In this document: piece by piece, positions 62,024 to 64,000 of the stretch
Layout: every line of letters starts with the position of its first letter
Numbering within the stretch: the first letter of the stretch is position 1
Notes under the pieces: generated by a model
What the model was told of the DNA's origin: nothing
Database searches by the model: none
The model's input: only the letters and a program-made list of their open reading frames with translations
Program-made: the position numbers and the translations under genes
NCBI RefSeq assembly: GCF_963921235.1
Contig: NC_086097.1
Span: forward strand, 245,150,001 to 245,214,000
Source: Mobula hypostoma
Taxonomy: Eukaryota
Length of the DNA: 64,000 bases
Reading direction: 5' to 3'

Positions 62024-63125
62024 TGTCACATACCCCGTGACGGGTTAAAGAACCAGCAGAAATGGAAAACATTTTGGAGTCCAGTATTGCTATTAACTTT
62101 AAAGGCATCCGTTAGTCTTGTGAGACCATGGATCTGTGCCTGGAAAGTCTCCACTCTCCAGGGCGCAGGCCTGGGCAAGGTTGTATGGAAGACCAGCAGT
62201 TGCCCATGCTGCAAGTCTCCCCTCTCCATGACACCAATGTTGTCCAAGGGAAGGGCATTAGGACCCATACAGCTTGGCACCGGTGTCGCAGAGCAGTGTG
62301 TGATTAAGTGCCTTGCTCAAGGACACAACACGTTACCTCGGCTGGGGCTCGAACTCACGACCTTCAGGCCTACTATTAACTAATGTATTTATTAGTAACT
62401 ACACAATACAGTAATATAATTGCAGATATATCAAACAGGTTAGCAATGATTATATATAAGTAAGTGTGGAAATATATGAAAACCAAGCTTCTCCACGTCT
62501 AGGGGTAAATAGTAAAGGTCAGTGCAGGTCGTGGTATTGAGTTGAGTAGTGACGGAGAGAGAGAAAGGGAGAGATTTGAGTCTTCAGGTGAGCTAACGCC
62601 GTTGATCGTCCTGTTGTCCTATGAAATTCTTTAGAAGTCACCGACTGTGACCACAACAAAGGGGACTGTTCTTCTGTGGTGGAATTATCAACCCAGGCGA
62701 GGGTTGGACACACGAATAACTCCCCACCGGTCACACCCTTTTCACACTGCAAGAGCCACTGATCGACCTGCCTGATCGATCCTCCAAAACCCACCTTTTC
62801 TGTGGGCACAACAAAGCTCATTCAGTGTCCAAAACCATGAGTCTCCAGGTCTATCATCTGACCTTCTATTTATCTCACCGTGCTGAACACCAGCTGTCCA
62901 TCAAGCAGCTCCTCCCTTCTCTCTCTGTAAGAACTTGGAAACTGCCAGTGTCCTTGCAAAAGTGTAAACAAACTGTGAGCAGTCTTCGCCTCTCTCTGTC
63001 TCTCTCTCTCTTGCTTTCTCGCTCTCTCTCTCTCTCGCTCTTTAACAAGGTGTCTGGCATTCCACAACTCTCCCTCTCTCTTTTAAAAAGCACAGTTCAT
63101 AGGGGTAGTTCAGGACCCCATCACA
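62024..63125 (-). mobile_element. Solo LTR (same family as 38868-39836) with 4-bp TSD CTAG
   Basis: TGTCAC...TCACA flanked by CTAG at 62020-62023 and 63126-63129. Confidence 0.88.
62098..62370 (-). mobile_element. tRNA-derived SINE (5'-truncated) with 10-bp TSD
   Basis: B box GAGTTCGAGCCC, CORE-like gtgtccttgagcaaggcacttaa; TSD TRCTATTAAC at 62088-62097 and 62371-62380. Confidence 0.8.
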
Positions 63126-64000
63126 CTAGTGACTGAACCTTATTGACTAACCTTCCATGTGGACTTTGTCAAAGACCTTGCTAAAATCCGTGTAGCAACA
63201 TCCACTGCCTTGTCTTAATCAACTTTCATGATAAATTCCTCAAAAAACTCTATATGATTGGTTAGACATGACCTACCATGCAGAAAGCCATGTTAACTGT
63301 CCCTAATCAGTCTCTGTCTGTACAAATATTTATATATTCAGTCCTTTGGAATACCTTCAAATAACTTACCCAGGTTCACTGGCCTATAATTTCCTGGCTC
63401 ATTCTTAGAGGCTTCTTTAACAACAGTAAAAACGTCAGCTGTCCTCCAACCCTCTGGCTCCTCAACTGTTGCTAAGGATGCTTTAACTATCTCTGCTGGG
63501 GCCCCTGCAATTTCTGCACTTGCCTCCCACAGGGTCTGAGGGAACACTTTGTCAGGACCTGGGGATTTATCTCCTCTCGTTTGCCTCAAAACAGCAAGCA
63601 CCACCTCCTCTGTAATCTGTATACGGTTCATGATCTCTCTTCTGCTTTGCCTGTACAGACTCTGTATACATCTCCCAAGTAAATACAGATGCAAAACTCC
63701 TACTAGGATCTCCCTTAACCTTAAGATCGCCCTCATTCTTCATAATGGACTCCAACATCTGCCTGGCCACTGAAATCAGGCTAAATAGCTTATATGTTCC
63801 TGTCTTTTGACTCCCTCCCTTCTTAAAGTGGAGTGACATTTGAAATTTTCCACTCTCCAGAAGGACTCTGGAACTTAGTTCCCTCTGCTGCTGAATGCCC
63901 CTTGTGCACTCAGTTCAAACTCCTTAATCTCATTCTTTCACGATAGCATCTGCCAGTTGCATTAAGGAAGAAGAAGAAATGTAGGATATGGTTATATTCA

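Larger units (their letters stand above)
61550..63860 (-). mobile_element. Decayed CR1 RT region hosting a solo LTR
   Basis: DKSPGPDKVFP, PGNYRPVNL and KFVDDTKFG motifs. Confidence 0.8.

Noticed and set aside
12640..64000. Exons of the expected neighbours FBXL2 or GLI2 on the minus strand
   Set aside because: No recognisable coding match found by eye

Overview
Repeat-dense vertebrate DNA. The repeat families (CR1 LINEs with (TTTCTATG)n tails, V-SINEs, Rex1/Babar, Neptune-type Penelope) suggest a cartilaginous fish such as a ray or shark; this is an inference. Only one host gene is supported: the last two coding exons (11134-11185, 11265-11302, + strand) of a CP2/LSF-family transcription factor (UBP1 or TFCP2L1), which the ORF track misses, followed by a ~1.3 kb TE-free 3'UTR and poly(A) signal. 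Positions 1-11133 are therefore intron. Most of the rest is nested transposable elements: three long, near-identical young CR1 copies plus shorter ones, older CR1s, Rex1/Babar, L1 and HERO fragments, Penelope-like elements carrying minimal hammerhead ribozymes, two solo LTRs with 4-bp TSDs, a 0.9 kb deleted Gypsy element, Tc1 and hAT derivatives, tRNA SINEs, RTE-derived non-coding elements, and a non-coding retroposon that starts with a YY1 motif. A ~3.7 kb 23-bp minisatellite (CCAACCAATAATCCAACCATCAT) is split by a young CR1. All family calls come from motif recognition by eye, not database searches.
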